A DNA stretch of 57,350 nucleotides from Peribolospora baueri (lineage: Eukaryota): the NCBI GenBank assembly GCA_029717555.1, contig JAMDHS010000066.1:62001-119350 (forward strand), written 5' to 3'. Below are positions 34,916 to 47,098 of this stretch, in pieces. The stretch's first letter is position 1, and each line of letters starts with the position of its first letter. The notes beneath the pieces were generated by a model, which saw nothing but the letters and a program-made list of their open reading frames with translations, was not told the DNA's origin and searched no databases. The position numbers were made by a program, and so were the translations under genes.

Positions 34916-36635
34916 CCGGCATTGCCCGAGGAAGGCAACGAGCCGGCGCCCGCGGCCGAGAACGAAGTCTCTGCGGCCGAGAATGAGGCACAAAAGGCGA
35001 ACCAACTATGGAGGAACTTAGGCGCGCGGCGACCCTTCACGAGCGGAAGTTGGCGGAGCACGAGGAGAGCATTGAACGTGTGCGACAGCAGTCGGCAACA
35101 GCGCTTCCCAACTCCAGACCAAGCTCGACGAGGAGTCGCACAACCGAACAGCCGCTGCCCTTGCCGTCTTCGCGCCCAGCTCGATTCGGAGTCACAGAAG
35201 CTTACCGCGACGGCGCTCGCCGGGCTTCAGCTCAAGGTAGAGACGGAGTGGCAGGTGCGGCCGGATGAGCTTAAGACACGGCTGCAAGCGGAGTCGTGGA
35301 GAGCGAGCGAGCTTCAGGCCAGGCTCGATGCGGAATCTCGGGACGGGGAGGTGGCGAAACGGGAGGCCCGGCGGCTCGAGGATGAGGTGGCCAAGGTGGA
35401 TCAGCGGACCGCGGGGGCGAACCGACAGTTGGACGCACTTAGGGCAGACATGGCTCAAGACGAGCGGCAGGAAGAAGGTGATGGAGAATGAGGCAGATCT
35501 GCGGCGCGTCAAGGAACGAGCCTCCGTTTTCCGGGCCGAGCTGCAGGCGCAGCTGGACGCCGAATCTCAGAAGCGTACGGCGACGGCACTGGCGGAGCTG
35601 CAGCGCAAGGCGAGGCGAAGTGGATTCTGGGCATCGAGGTCATCCGTAACTTGCCCGGCATTTTTCTCTGTCAGAAGTCGTACATCGAACGGCGGATTTT
35701 CGAGCGTTTCGGCATGCTTCAAGCGAACACTGTCAACACGCCCATGGAAGTAGGACTGCAACTTCGGAAGCGACAAGACGAAGAAGCCGCTTCGAAGGAA
35801 GAGTACCAGCGAGCGGTCGGATCAATAATGTACCTGATGCTCTGCACACGACCAGACCTGGCGTTTGCAGTCAGCAAGCTCTCTCAGTACAGCTCGGATC
35901 CAAGCTCGACGCACTGGAGGGCGGCCAAGCGGGTAATTCGCTACGTCAAAGCAACTGCGGGTTATAAGCTGAAGTTTGAAGCTGGGATCGATGGCAACGA
36001 CGACTCCCAGATCAACGCTGGTTTTGAAGCAGATGAGGTGAAGGTGGTCGGTTACAGCGACGCCGACTACGCAAACTCTGGATACGAGGCGCTCAGTTGC
36101 AGGCTTCGTCTTCAGCCTGGGAAGTGGCTCTGTCACCTGGAGTAGCAAGCGCCAGAGCACAGTTGCACCATCGACTGTTGAGGCCGAATACGTCGCAGCC
36201 TCAATTGCAAGTCGCGAGGGAGTCTGGCTCAAGCGTCTCCTCGATGGGCTCGGAGTTGAGGTTCAGGAAGTCGAGCTCAACTGCGATAACCAAGGTGCGA
36301 TTGCTCTCACCAGCAGGCAGAGGTTTCATAATAGGACCTTGGTTATCGCAGCTGAGCTCGACTTCCTGAACACGCTATCGCGTTGCGAACGGAATGAAAG
36401 CGCTCAGATTGCAAACAATATATACCCTCATCCGGTACTCTCTACACACCCGCCGTAGACGTGAGCCGGCACCTGCTTTGGGTTCCGACGACAACATATA
36501 CGACAAGGTGGAAAGAGTTGTATGCGCTCGGTAGCGAAGGCCGTCAGGTAGTTGCTTGATCTCATCACAGCGCATCTAGCGACTAGGACAGGATGGAATG
36601 ATGGACGCAGCAAGCTGGATGCTTGCGCATCGCGT

Positions 36636-37296
36636 TCACACGTCAGATGAGGAGTGGTGCTTGGCTGAGAACCTGACGGCACTTTTCTTCTCGCCTGCCC
36701 TTCCGAGGAAGTAAATGTTTGTCAGCAATAGGCACGCGTGTGCTTTGCACGACTTGGGACGTTGTGTCGACAGGCTCACCTTCGAGCAGAGCGGCGAAGT
36801 TGGTCAAGCTGGTCTTTTCCTCATCACGCCTCTTGGCATCCGCCTCGCTGAAGCTCCGTTCGGCGGCCTTGAGGGCGTCCTTGGTGTCAAGAGATGTGTT
36901 TTCAAAAATTCGTGTGTGCCTGTTTATCTGGGCTGCACGTCGGGGTATTTGTGCAGCCATCGGGTGTCAGAATCCGCACGTACATACCAAGTACAGAAGA
37001 TGGGCAGCCGTCAGGCCTTCGAACTCTGTTTCCAATTTCTGTACCAGAGCGTCGTCTTTGGATTTGAATTCCTCGTAGAGGGAAGTTCTGCGCATTTCGA
37101 TGATGGGAACGAGACCAATGGAGATCAAGGAATAGAGAACGACAACAAAGAAACCAAGGTGGCCAAAGGGGATGCATGCTCACAGTTCCGATTCGTGATG
37201 CTCGATCGCCTCGCCGACGTCGTTGCGAAACCTGGTCGCCGCAGCATTGGCGTCGCGGACAATGCCGGCCCGCTTCCTCTTAGCTTTGGAAGACAT
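36636..37296 (-). CDS. Hypothetical small coiled-coil protein; about 4 exons, 3' end uncertain
   Basis: MSSKAKRKRAGIVRDANAAATRFRNDVGEAIEHHESEL | EFKSKDDALVQKLETEFEGLTAAHLLYL | ...INRHTRIFENTSLDTKDALKAAERSFSEADAKRRDEEK, with GTGAGC/GTATGT donors. No family recognised. Confidence 0.5.
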
Positions 37297-38183
37297 GGTC
37301 TCTGAGAGTCAGCAGCAAGGGGAAGAAGGAGAGACGGGAGGAAAACGAAGGAGACCGGACGCCGTCAAAAATGAAAGACGAGACGGTCAAGTCGGATGAT
37401 CCGACGCGAGCGGGGCAACATGGAAGGGAGCAGCCAACCCGTTACGGTTTTAACGAGCTGCTGCAAATCGCTGTGGATGGGTATGTTGTCGATCGAGCAA
37501 ATGGATCAGTCTGGACGTTTGCGGCGGTCGGCTCGGCTGCCAGCGGGGTGACAAGATGACTGGTGACCACCCGCGCCCGGCGGCTTACCGGTCGTCGTGC
37601 CCACTGCTCGATCGGCTGCTCCCTTCGGAGAGCATGATCGACTCGGATCCTTGGCTGGCGGAGCGAACGTTATTCGAGTGCATGACGTGGTGCAGAAGAG
37701 TTCAACGCTCGCACGGTAGAGGAGGAAATCGCCCTGCCCTTGACTGGATGGATGAAGATGGTGGTTGCGCGTTAAGATGCGTCCTGCCTTCGCGCCCCGA
37801 TCATATATCGTTCACCACGCTCGGGCCGCAGTTATTGCTCAAAGAACCTGAACTCTCGTGCCACAGAAATCAGGTATAAGAGGTGCATTCTCTCCTCCTG
37901 GTCGACCGACAGAAGCAGATGTTACTCGTTTTCAAGGAAGACAGCGCCGAGAAGCAGAGCCCTCAAAACCCGAGCGATGGAAGACGACGCAGCTTGTCGC
38001 TCTCACAACGCCCAAGGTTGTCCCTAGATGTACGGCAGCCCAATTCTGCAATCGCTCGACTGGAGGGCGTGGGTTTCTTTAGATCTGCCGCGGCTGTGCC
38101 TTTCTCATCGTTATGGCTACAATTACAAAAATTCCCCACCGTCCAGAGAGCGGCAGACCTCGGCCCTTCTCACTGTTGTACAG

Positions 38184-39985
38184 TCATTCCCGCCCGTCCT
38201 CGTCCTTCGGCGTCATCTCCCCGCTGTAGTCGAGGCCTTCGTTAGCGGTGAAGCCGGTGTCACGATCATTGTATCCTCGCTGGCGCGGACCAGGATTGCG
38301 AGGGCCGGTAGGTGTACCCGCCGGCAAAGGCGAACGAGATCGTCCATCCGTCGCCGGACGTTGAGGCAAAGAGGCCGATCCTGCAGCTTCTAGCCGGAAA
38401 CGTAAGATCGAATGATCTTTAAAGAGGCAAGGAGAACGTCACCCAAACTCACGTCCATCGGCGCCAAATGGCGGGCCTCCTCGGCCTCGACCTGCGAATC
38501 CGCCACGCACGCTGCCCGGCCCAGGTCCCGGCGCTGGACCTGGACCCGGACCTGGGCCTGGGCCTGGGCCGGGCACGAACCCTGGCCCGCGCGGACCGCG
38601 CATACCCATGTTGTCGATGGGCATTCCTCGGAAACCTCCACGACCTGCCATCGCGTCTGGAAAGCCTGGTATCATCCCCGGCATCATGCCTCCCGGCGGC
38701 ATCATTCCTGGCATCATGCCAGCAGGCGGCATCATCGACATCATCGCTTGCAACTCCGGAGGGAGGTTGGCCATCGCGTCCTGGGGTTGGTTGTTCATAT
38801 TCTGATGAAAATAAGCACGACGTGAAATCGTAAATGACGTTCCGGGCCATCGTGGGCCATCTTTCTCAAACTAGTCTACTCATACGTTCGAAACTCACCG
38901 CAAGCTCCATTGCTCTGTGTGCCTCCTCCGTTACATCCTTCTTCTTCTTTGTATATGCGGCCCAGCTTTCCTCGTTGAAGCCGTAGTTGAAGTAGTCAGT
39001 CAGGTCTGCCCCAGGTCGTCGCCATGGCTTCTCCTCGAGCGACTCAATGTCCACATCAAAGATTTCGATGTCCACCGTTTGGGGTCGTCCATCCAGGCCC
39101 AGTTCTGCGTCCTTGTCCGGCACAGGAAAGGTGGCTCTGGCCTCTAGATCAAGTTTGGGAGCTGTGCTAGGCACTGGTGGCGGGGGACCTTCGGGAGCAA
39201 ACCCTTCCGGAAACGCCGAAAATGAAAGGCCACCTCCGGGAGGCATCACATCGCCTCCCTGTTCGGCAGGACGAGGAGAGGCGAATGATGGCGGTCGAGC
39301 GCCGTCCAGCGGAAGAGGTGCACCTGACCGATCGCGGGGGGTATACTCCGTCGTCAAGGCGGACGGAGGAGCTGTAAATCACATCGCAGCAGTGAGTTTC
39401 TATCCAAATCTTTACGCCTCGCAATCTCCTCGAGACGACACATTATGCTCACGCTTGGATGGAGTACTACCCGCGGACCGTACAGGCGGTGGTTGCCTTT
39501 GCTGTGCGGGACTCGGGGCCCATCTTGATCAGAACGTGAGAGAAGACTATCGGAATGAGCAAAATTGAGCGGAATAACCTTCAAATATGTGAGATCAGCT
39601 CACCGGTTGGGCGGTGCAGGCCCAGAGGCGCCCGAGTCCATGATGATTTCTACGTCCTAAATAAGAGGTGCGGGTGCGTCACGCGAGAGAAGGATGATCA
39701 GCCCGCTGCGGAGGCGACACGAACAGATGGACGAGCCCATAACAGCTCACCGAGTCGCTATCCTCCTCCTCCTCCTCCTCGTTTTCCTCTTCTCCTTCAG
39801 CACCATCGTCGACCAGGGGTCCTCGGTCTGTTTTAAGCCAAGGACGGAACGCGTCAGGAGAACGTCGCATACACTTAGCGGAAACCACAGAATAGCTCAC
39901 CAGCCTGAGGCGGAGCAGAGGCGTACGCAGCATTCTGGGTGGTCACCTCGTCGTCGCCGTAAAGAAAGGCGTCATCGTCATCCAT
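38184..39985 (-). CDS. FIP1: Pre-mRNA 3'-end processing factor Fip1; multi-exon
   Basis: MDDDDAFLYGD start. Fip1 motif IFDVDIESLEEKPWRRPGADLTDYFNYGFNEESWAAY. Gly/Pro/Met-rich tail. Confidence 0.95.
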
Positions 39986-40288
39986 TGTGGATTATGGTGG
40001 TGAGGGATGAGAAGTTCTCTCCGTCGACTCGACTCCCCTCGGACCCATTATACAACGGTGCTGCGGCAGAGCAATGGGAATGTCGATTAGACTGCGTTCA
40101 AATCGTCTTCTAACGCTGCCGCAGCTTCCGATTTGATCCCCAGTCGTTCATTCTTCTCGCTCCAATCGACGACGTCGACTTGCGTCGCCTCATCCAGTCT
40201 GGTCACCACCGTTGCTCCCTCTCTTCTCGCAAGGCAAGGTCATCTCGAGTGGGGCGACTGACGGATCAGCATACATAAGGCACAAGTT

Positions 40289-41923
40289 ATGTCGATCCTC
40301 TTCCCACGCGCTCTGCGCTCAGCAGTAGCGCAAGCCTCGTTACTCCACCGGCGCCTTCCCAGCAGCCCAGCAGCCGCCGCGGTGTCGTCACGGGCTTTCT
40401 CCAACTCGTCTCGCTCGCCCACCTCTGCTTCTCCCTTTCGGCTTGCATCGGTAGCAGAGGCAATTCGGCGTCCACCCTCTCAAGTTTCTCCATCCCTCCC
40501 TTACTCGGACCCTGTTCGTCCAAGCCGTCGTGTTAGGCGCAAGGCGCTAAAGGCTCAACGAAAAGCTTCGAAGAAAAAGGCGAAGAAAGTGGAGGCGTGG
40601 GCGGAGGGCCTGGAGGCGTCGGCATCCAAGCTTTCTCCGTTTGTTCGGCTGTCGAACCAGTTCAAGACGTTCAAGCCGATTACGCCAAGCATACGTTGGG
40701 TGAGAACGCCGATCAACGACCACCTGTGGAAAGGAAAGCCGGAGCGCAGCCTGACCATCGCCAAGCGCAAGTCCGGTGGGAGGAACAACACCGGAAGAAT
40801 TACGGCACGGAGGATTGGAGGTGGTCACAAGCAGCGCATCCGGCTCGTCGATTTCTACCGGTGGCAGAATGGGGAACAGGATGTACTAAGGATCGAGTAC
40901 GATCCGCTGAGGAGCGCTCACATCGCCCTCGTCCAGCATCGCGAGTCGGGGCAGAAAAGTTACATTCTAGCGCCTGACGGTGTCAGAGCTGGGGATGTTG
41001 TGCAGAGTTACAGACCACCGAAAACCGCCCGCTTTACCAAATCGGCGGCGACGGTGGGCACCAGTGAGGGGCCTCCCGTCTCTTCCTCGTCCATGCCCCT
41101 CCTTCCTGGCGCTAGCGGAGGAGGAGCCGCCGAGACAGCGACGCTGGGAGGAAGCACTTCGTCAGAACCCGCCGTTCCCAAATCCACCGGGCCGTCCCTC
41201 TTGGACATCGGTATCTTCCGTACAACTGCCCTCCGCCCCGGAAACGTGCTCCCTCTCCGCCTCATCCCAGTGGGCACAACCATCCATGCGCTTTCCCTCC
41301 TTCCGAACGGTCCCGCCAAATTGCTTCGTTCAGCTGGCGCTTTCGGCCAAGTAGTCAGCACGACGAGTGGCCCCAAGGGACAGCACGCGCAGGTCAAGCT
41401 GCAGAGTGGAGAGGTGCGCCTCGTCCCCATCAACTGCGTGGCCACGATTGGCGTGGTTAGCAACGTTGATCACCAGCACAAAATGCTCGGTAAGGCGGGT
41501 AGGTCGAGGTGGTTGGGCCGGAGGCCGGTTGTGCGCGGTGTCGCAAAGAACGCGTGAGTATTGCGACGTGGCGTATCGATATGAAGCGGCCTGAACTCGT
41601 CATGGTTAGAACCCCTCTGACTTTTAATTGCATTCGCGGGTTTTGTCGTTTTCTCTTCACCCAGGGTCGACCATCCGCATGGAGGGTGAGGACTCGAATC
41701 ACGAAGACTTGTTATGAATGATATCGTTTCCAGATCGAAGCTCATCTCTTTTTCTTCGCCTTCTTCTCCTCACAGTGGCCGTGGCAAGTCCAAGGGCAAC
41801 AAGCACCCTCGCTCCGAATATGGTGTGCTCAAGTTTGCTCGGACGCGCAAGCCTGGTACCAGAGGCGGCAACATGATGGTCGTCAAGGAAAGGCCGCGCA
41901 GGAACGGCGCCAGGAAGCATTAA
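40289..41923 (+). CDS. RML2: Mitochondrial large ribosomal subunit protein uL2m; 3 exons
   Basis: RKSGGRNNTGRITARRIGGGHKQRIRLVDF, RIEYDPLRSAHIALV, GKAGRSRWLGRRPVVRGVAKNA|VDHPHGG|GRGKSKGNKHP. Arg/Ser-rich presequence. Confidence 0.95.
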
Positions 41924-42289
41924 AATGTGGCTCTCTCCTTCTGTTCTTCGAGGTGATGATCCTCATATGTACGCCCTGACCGATTTATAGAATGCACATC
42001 TCGCTCTCACTCCTTATGATGGTCATTTCCATCTGCGGCCAGAGCTGGGGACCTTTTTACTAGTGGAGGGTAGTTTGATTGCCCATCGAACTTTCCGCGA
42101 ACTAATCGTTACTCGTTACATGCGTCGAGCGAGACCAACCATGGACACGTTGACTTGCAACATCCCTTGGGCGTCTGGTAGCCAAACGGTGAGCCAATCC
42201 GAAATAGCACTGGAGTTCAAAACCAGGGTCCACCTTCAGAAACGCCCATCTTGGCCAGACAGGCAAAGAGACGAGGAAGGGGATCCGAA

Positions 42290-44845
42290 TCAGCCATTGT
42301 TGGAGGTCGTGGTCGTGGTCGTGGTCGTGGCCGCGGACGCGGCCTTCTGTCCAGCCGAAGAGAGTGCCGACACCTTAGACGAATCAATTGTCTTTAAGCC
42401 AAGTTTGGAGAGGTCCGCGTTGACCTCGTCCAGGTTGTCGATAAACTTGGCGCGGAGAGGATCCCTACGGGGCATAGTGGAAAGCGAAGGCTGGAGGTGA
42501 GAGGCTGGCGTTCGTATACATGAGCAACAAGGCCCAAACTCACCACATGCTGGGCTCGTGCTCGTGCTTCAGAGGCGTCTTCATCGCGAAGTCGGTCAAA
42601 GTAAACATCCTCGAGCTCTCAAACATGAAAGCGACCGTGGAAAATGAACGAGTAGGACGGTATCACAATGGTCAGCAGGAAGCCAGATTCGCATGTCCGA
42701 TATCCAGGGGGGGGGGGGCGCTGAGGAGCCAGCTTACTCGGTTGAAGGTCCATGTTGCTGGCAGCGTCGAACTGCTCATAGTCGACACCGTGCGGAGTGA
42801 AGCCTGCATAACGAATGGTCCGAGGTGATGAGAAAACACGATCCTGCGCAAAGTTGCAATTAAGCATACAAAGCTCACCGCATTCATAAGAGGCGCCTCC
42901 AGGGAGAAAATCGTCACTTCGCCCCGGGTATTCGCCTTTGGAAGAGTGAGGATTTATCGGTAAAGGAGCACGCAAATGATTACGGACGCGAGGGGGAACT
43001 GACGGCATCGCTGCTCACCATAGAGGAGACCCATGAACTCTGAGGCGCAATTCCTGCAGAGTCACCGCGACGCAGAACATGAGCCCAGTATACAGATGAT
43101 CATGTCCCACGATGCCCACCAACTGTGGGAAGCTCTGGAGCTGCACTCAGGAACAGTGAGTATTTTCGTGATTATCTCGATCTCCTTCATGACAAAGCCG
43201 GCTGATCCATACCTTCGCTCACCTTCCAGCTCGCCGTTCGACGTCGTTGCCTGTGAGTTTCAGAAAAGTCCTGCTTTGCTTTCCAATATCTAGTCGAGTG
43301 CTTATGCACTTCCACACCCCTTTCTACCATTGCTTCTTTCTAGATCATGGCAATTATGTTCCCGTAAAATACAATCTTGAGAAATTCATCAAGTTAGAAG
43401 ACTCGTCGCCAATGTCTACAGACGTGTCCGCAAAGCTGACCCCAAACCTTGTCTTGTCCCTTCTAGCGTCGGGTCCATCTCCAAGGACCATATCGGTAGG
43501 TTAAGCCATCCCGGAGATCGGCGACAGTATGCGGGTAAACTGACACCGATCTACCTTTTTATCTTTTGGCCTCAGATCCCTCCATCTTCTGCGTGCTCAC
43601 CGTCCGCTCTCCTGAGGAAGGTACACCTCTGGCCGACTTTCTTATCTTTTCTCCGCGATGGGACGTCGCGACTGGCACGTTCCGACCCCCTTACTTTCAC
43701 AGGTGCGCCGTCCTGGGCGACATCGAAGCAAGCGACGGGGGACCTGAAGTCGCGAGAGTTCGCGAGGCCATTTCCGCCAACTGTTGCGAGTTGGATCACC
43801 GTCAGGATCGGCCACCAGAATACTACCGTACTGTTGTGAAGTACACCTGCAGCATGGAACACTCACGGGGTCCCAGTTCAGGAAGCTCATAGTGAGCACC
43901 ATATACTTCCTGAATGTATCCGCGTGAAGGGCCGTCGGGAAGCTTGACCGACCAGCGAATTCCCTGAACATATGCAGAAACCGCGGACCAAAGTCGACAT
44001 TCCGACGGCAACTGGGAACACCCTGAAAAATTCCCTCGATACATACCCTCTGAATAACACACTCTCCGGGCCTTGTAAGAGACGTAGAACAAAAAAGAGC
44101 GATCTATAAGTCTTTGGGCCCTTGCACTGGACTGGAAGAGACTAGATATTGGCCCCACCTGACCATCATCTTGCCCATTTCAGTCCGAATATCAAGCTTG
44201 CCTTGTTGAGGCACAATGAGCATGTCTCCGTCATTGGACACGAAGGCCCTAAAAGGAAAGGTGAACGACTCAGGTGCCAGAAACTTGTCGAGCGCTCGAC
44301 GAGGCGCTCACCTGTTCTCCATGCTCTTGTTACCCGTGTACACGTGGATGGCGAGACCAGACTTGAGAGTCGGGTCACCGTTTCCAGCAACTAGAAAAGG
44401 TGCGGAGGTGCCGGAGGTGTCAATGGAAGGGAACGCGGCTTGTCGGTTCAAGAGGACCGAAACGAGACTCACTCGTCTTTAGACCGTCGACGAAATCGAC
44501 CTGCTCGCCATCTTTAGGCAGTTCGAAGGGTCTCCAAGCGAATTGCGTCGGGCTGATGTGAACTTTGGGGTTCAGTCCGGGGAAGAAGTTGGACTCGAGG
44601 TTGGGGTTATCTGGCAGAGGCGTAAATCCTTGATGGGCGACGGCGGGGCGGATGCGATAAAGCCAGGTGCGTTGGTCGTGGAAAAAGGTTGGCAACCTCA
44701 GATGAGCACGGGCCTCGCTCGCGGAGACGACACTATGTCGCGTACGAAATCGAAATGCCAGTCACTCACAGATGTAGGGATCCTCGAGGTAATCTCCCTT
44801 GACGTGGTAGCCCGTCTGGGCAGTGTAGGAGGCGGCCGCAAGCAT
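42290..44845 (-). pseudogene. hmgA: Homogentisate 1,2-dioxygenase, disrupted by an internal inversion and deletions
   Basis: Minus-strand exons: QRTWLYRIRPAVAHQGF...[112 protein letters not shown]. The intervening exons ([22 protein letters not shown]...FRPPYFHR) lie on the plus strand. Confidence 0.9.
43118..43709 (+). other. Inverted segment (~590 bp) carrying four hmgA exons
   Basis: Plus-strand [87 protein letters not shown] with plus-strand GT-AG introns, flanked on both sides by minus-strand hmgA exons. Confidence 0.9.
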
Positions 44846-45475
44846 TTTCGCTAACGAGACGGAAGAGTGGGGTGAGTAAAGGACGTCCACTACCCCTCGT
44901 CAGGCCTGGCCGGCGGGCTGCTTTAAAGACCACCGTCGGACGGTGGCAGGTGGAGCTCAATAGAGAAGAACGCCGTGCCAGCCGTGGAATCGCGGAGACT
45001 ACGAAGGCGGGGAGGCGGAAGCCACGGTCGGCACGGAAAGGCGTAGCGTGCGCCATGGCTGGTTTGCGTCGGGAATCGATTAGCCGTAGCTGAGGCGAGA
45101 ATAGAACAGGACAGCGAAGGCGGACTCCGCTTTATCCGCGACACGCGATCGGCGGTACGCGCCTTTCACTGATCACCGACCGGAAATCGCGGAAACGTCC
45201 TTGCAAGCCCGCTCTCGGGAATAAGTACATCGACGCGACTCTGTTATTTTACAGTAGCCTTCCACTGCAAGAAGGAATCCAGGTCTAATACCACCGACCA
45301 GACGTGGAAGGGGCGCCATACGTGGTGGGCCTGGGAAACAGTCGGGCTCAAAGACGGCGATCGTGTTCGTCTCTATGGATCGTATGTTGGCGACCTAATG
45401 CAGTGAAGGCAGGCCAAGAAGGGTATCCCTGGGTACGTTTCATTCCGGGAACAGCGTCGGAACGACTGACGAGGC

Positions 45476-46770
45476 CTATCGCTTCTTCAGCGCAGCAAAG
45501 CGTGCGGCCAGTGCCTCGAACTCGTCCTGCTCGTTAGAAGGCTTGCTCGGAGCTACCGCTGCAGTTGGATCTCCCACAGGAGTGCCAGACGCAACGCCAG
45601 GAAGGCGGCCTTCGGTACCTGCCCCTTGAGCTCCTAGAGATAACTCCTATGATGAGCAAGGACACGCAAACATGAGCCATCAGAGTCAGTGCGCCGCGAA
45701 AAGGATCGGACCGACAAGAAGAGAACTTTCTCCCCTTACCTCAAGTCCTTGTCGTCCGTCTCTTTTCTCGTCGTCGACTGCGGCCGTGTCTTCTAATACC
45801 TTTGTCGTCTCACCTGAGGCCTCCACGTCCGTTGGCCCGTATGGCACCCCGTACGCCCGAGCTATCTCCGTCAGATATGCCTCCACCAAGTCTACGCCTG
45901 GTGTAGCAGCGTTCAGTTTGGAGAGAATCTGCGTTGCCACGGCGGAGAGACCAAGTCTCAGCCCAGAGCACTCAGGTCGGCCGGTTGGTCCTGGGCGGAT
46001 TCTCGCTTAAGCTCACTCGTGGGCTGACGCAGTCGTCTTTGTTCTCCATCGCAGCGATTGAGAATGGACGTCCGAACTTTGCCATGAGCATTTCCCGAAG
46101 CATGTGAAGTTCACGTAGCTCCGTCCTCGGAGCTGGCGCAAATTACGATAAAGAAGAGCAGAAATGAATATTGATCGGTGGACGGAAGAAATGAAGAAGT
46201 CTGTCCCTTACCAGCATGGATAATCCCTGTCACGGCCTCCGAAATGGAGGGATCTGGCTGCGCACTGACGGTGGCATGATGAGAGATACAAATTATCTCA
46301 ATGGAATCGTTCCGCCGGGAACCTTTGCGTCTACATAAAACGCACTTAGCTAGTTCAAGGATGGGAAATCTTGCCAACAGCAGCTCGCAGTACAATTCCA
46401 GAAGCTCTGAGAGGACAAGAACGGGAATTCGCTTCAGTGACCGGGCTCGAGCACATCGCTCCTACACAAAATACTGTTAGGAAAAGCTCACCCAATAGCT
46501 CAATGTGAACATCTTCTGCAATCAGCCCTTCAGCACGAATCCTCGCCGTCTCCAACTTATTGCGCTCTAGCAACGACGCAATCTCGCGACGATTCTTCTT
46601 TGCGATAGACTCCTGCGGTGGCATCAGCCATGTTAAGTCGCGGGGCGATCGGATCCCGACTGGCCCGGAGGTTGCGATACTGCACGCACCTTCTTCTCCT
46701 GAAGCAACTTTGTACGCTGCACCGACAGCTTGAGCTGCACCTTTGTGCGGGCGACGTTGAAAGGGGCCAT
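45476..46770 (-). CDS. IST1: ESCRT-III-associated protein Ist1 (regulator of Vps4); multi-exon
   Basis: MAPFNVARTKVQLKLSVQRTKLLQEKK|ESIAKKNRREIASLLERNKLETARIRAEGLIAEDVHIELL|ELLELYCELLLARF, APRTELRELHMLRE; C-terminal DEFEALAARFAALKKR*. Confidence 0.95.
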
Positions 46771-47098
46771 ATCGCCGCCGTTGTCGTCCGAATCTTAAGC
46801 ACCTCTGTGTGCACACTACGTGTTACAAGAGCCGGGCGGGGTGGGGCAGTGCGCATCGGCCGTGTGCGTGGCTGATCGGCTGCTGCGGCAGCTGCTTACA
46901 CGCCAAAACGCGTCGACGCGTAGATTAAAATCCCACATCCTCCCGGACGGACGCCGTCGCCGTCGACTTGCCCCCATCTGCTGCTGCCAGGCGCAATCAC
47001 GCTCTCCTCGAAGTCTGTGCGCCTTTTCGATCTCGAGCGTTTCACGTCGCCGGACCTACCGTGCTACTGTGCGCACTCCGCCTTCCGGATCTCCGATC

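Larger units (their letters stand above)
33300..36370 (+). mobile_element. Degenerate Ty1/copia LTR retrotransposon (gag, protease, partial RT, RNase H; integrase absent)
   Basis: LTR end ...TCCAACA followed by a PBS. Gag VPTLTESNYTQW and zinc knuckle CHHCGKMGHKMADC. Protease DDWVLDSGATRHI...NVLYVPGLVPNLISV. RT WILGIEV...YQRAVGSIMYLMLCTRPDLAFAVSKLSQY. RNase H GYSDADYA, WSSKRQSTVAPSTVEAEYVA, CDNQGAIAL. Multiple stops and frameshifts. Confidence 0.95.

Noticed and set aside
38520..38720. GP and PGMM codon repeats as a separate repeat element
   Set aside because: They are ordinary low-complexity coding sequence in the Fip1 tail.
43100..43720. Recombinase-driven invertible switch in hmgA
   Set aside because: No flanking inverted repeats and no recombinase nearby. 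Independent deletions mean that re-inversion would not restore function.
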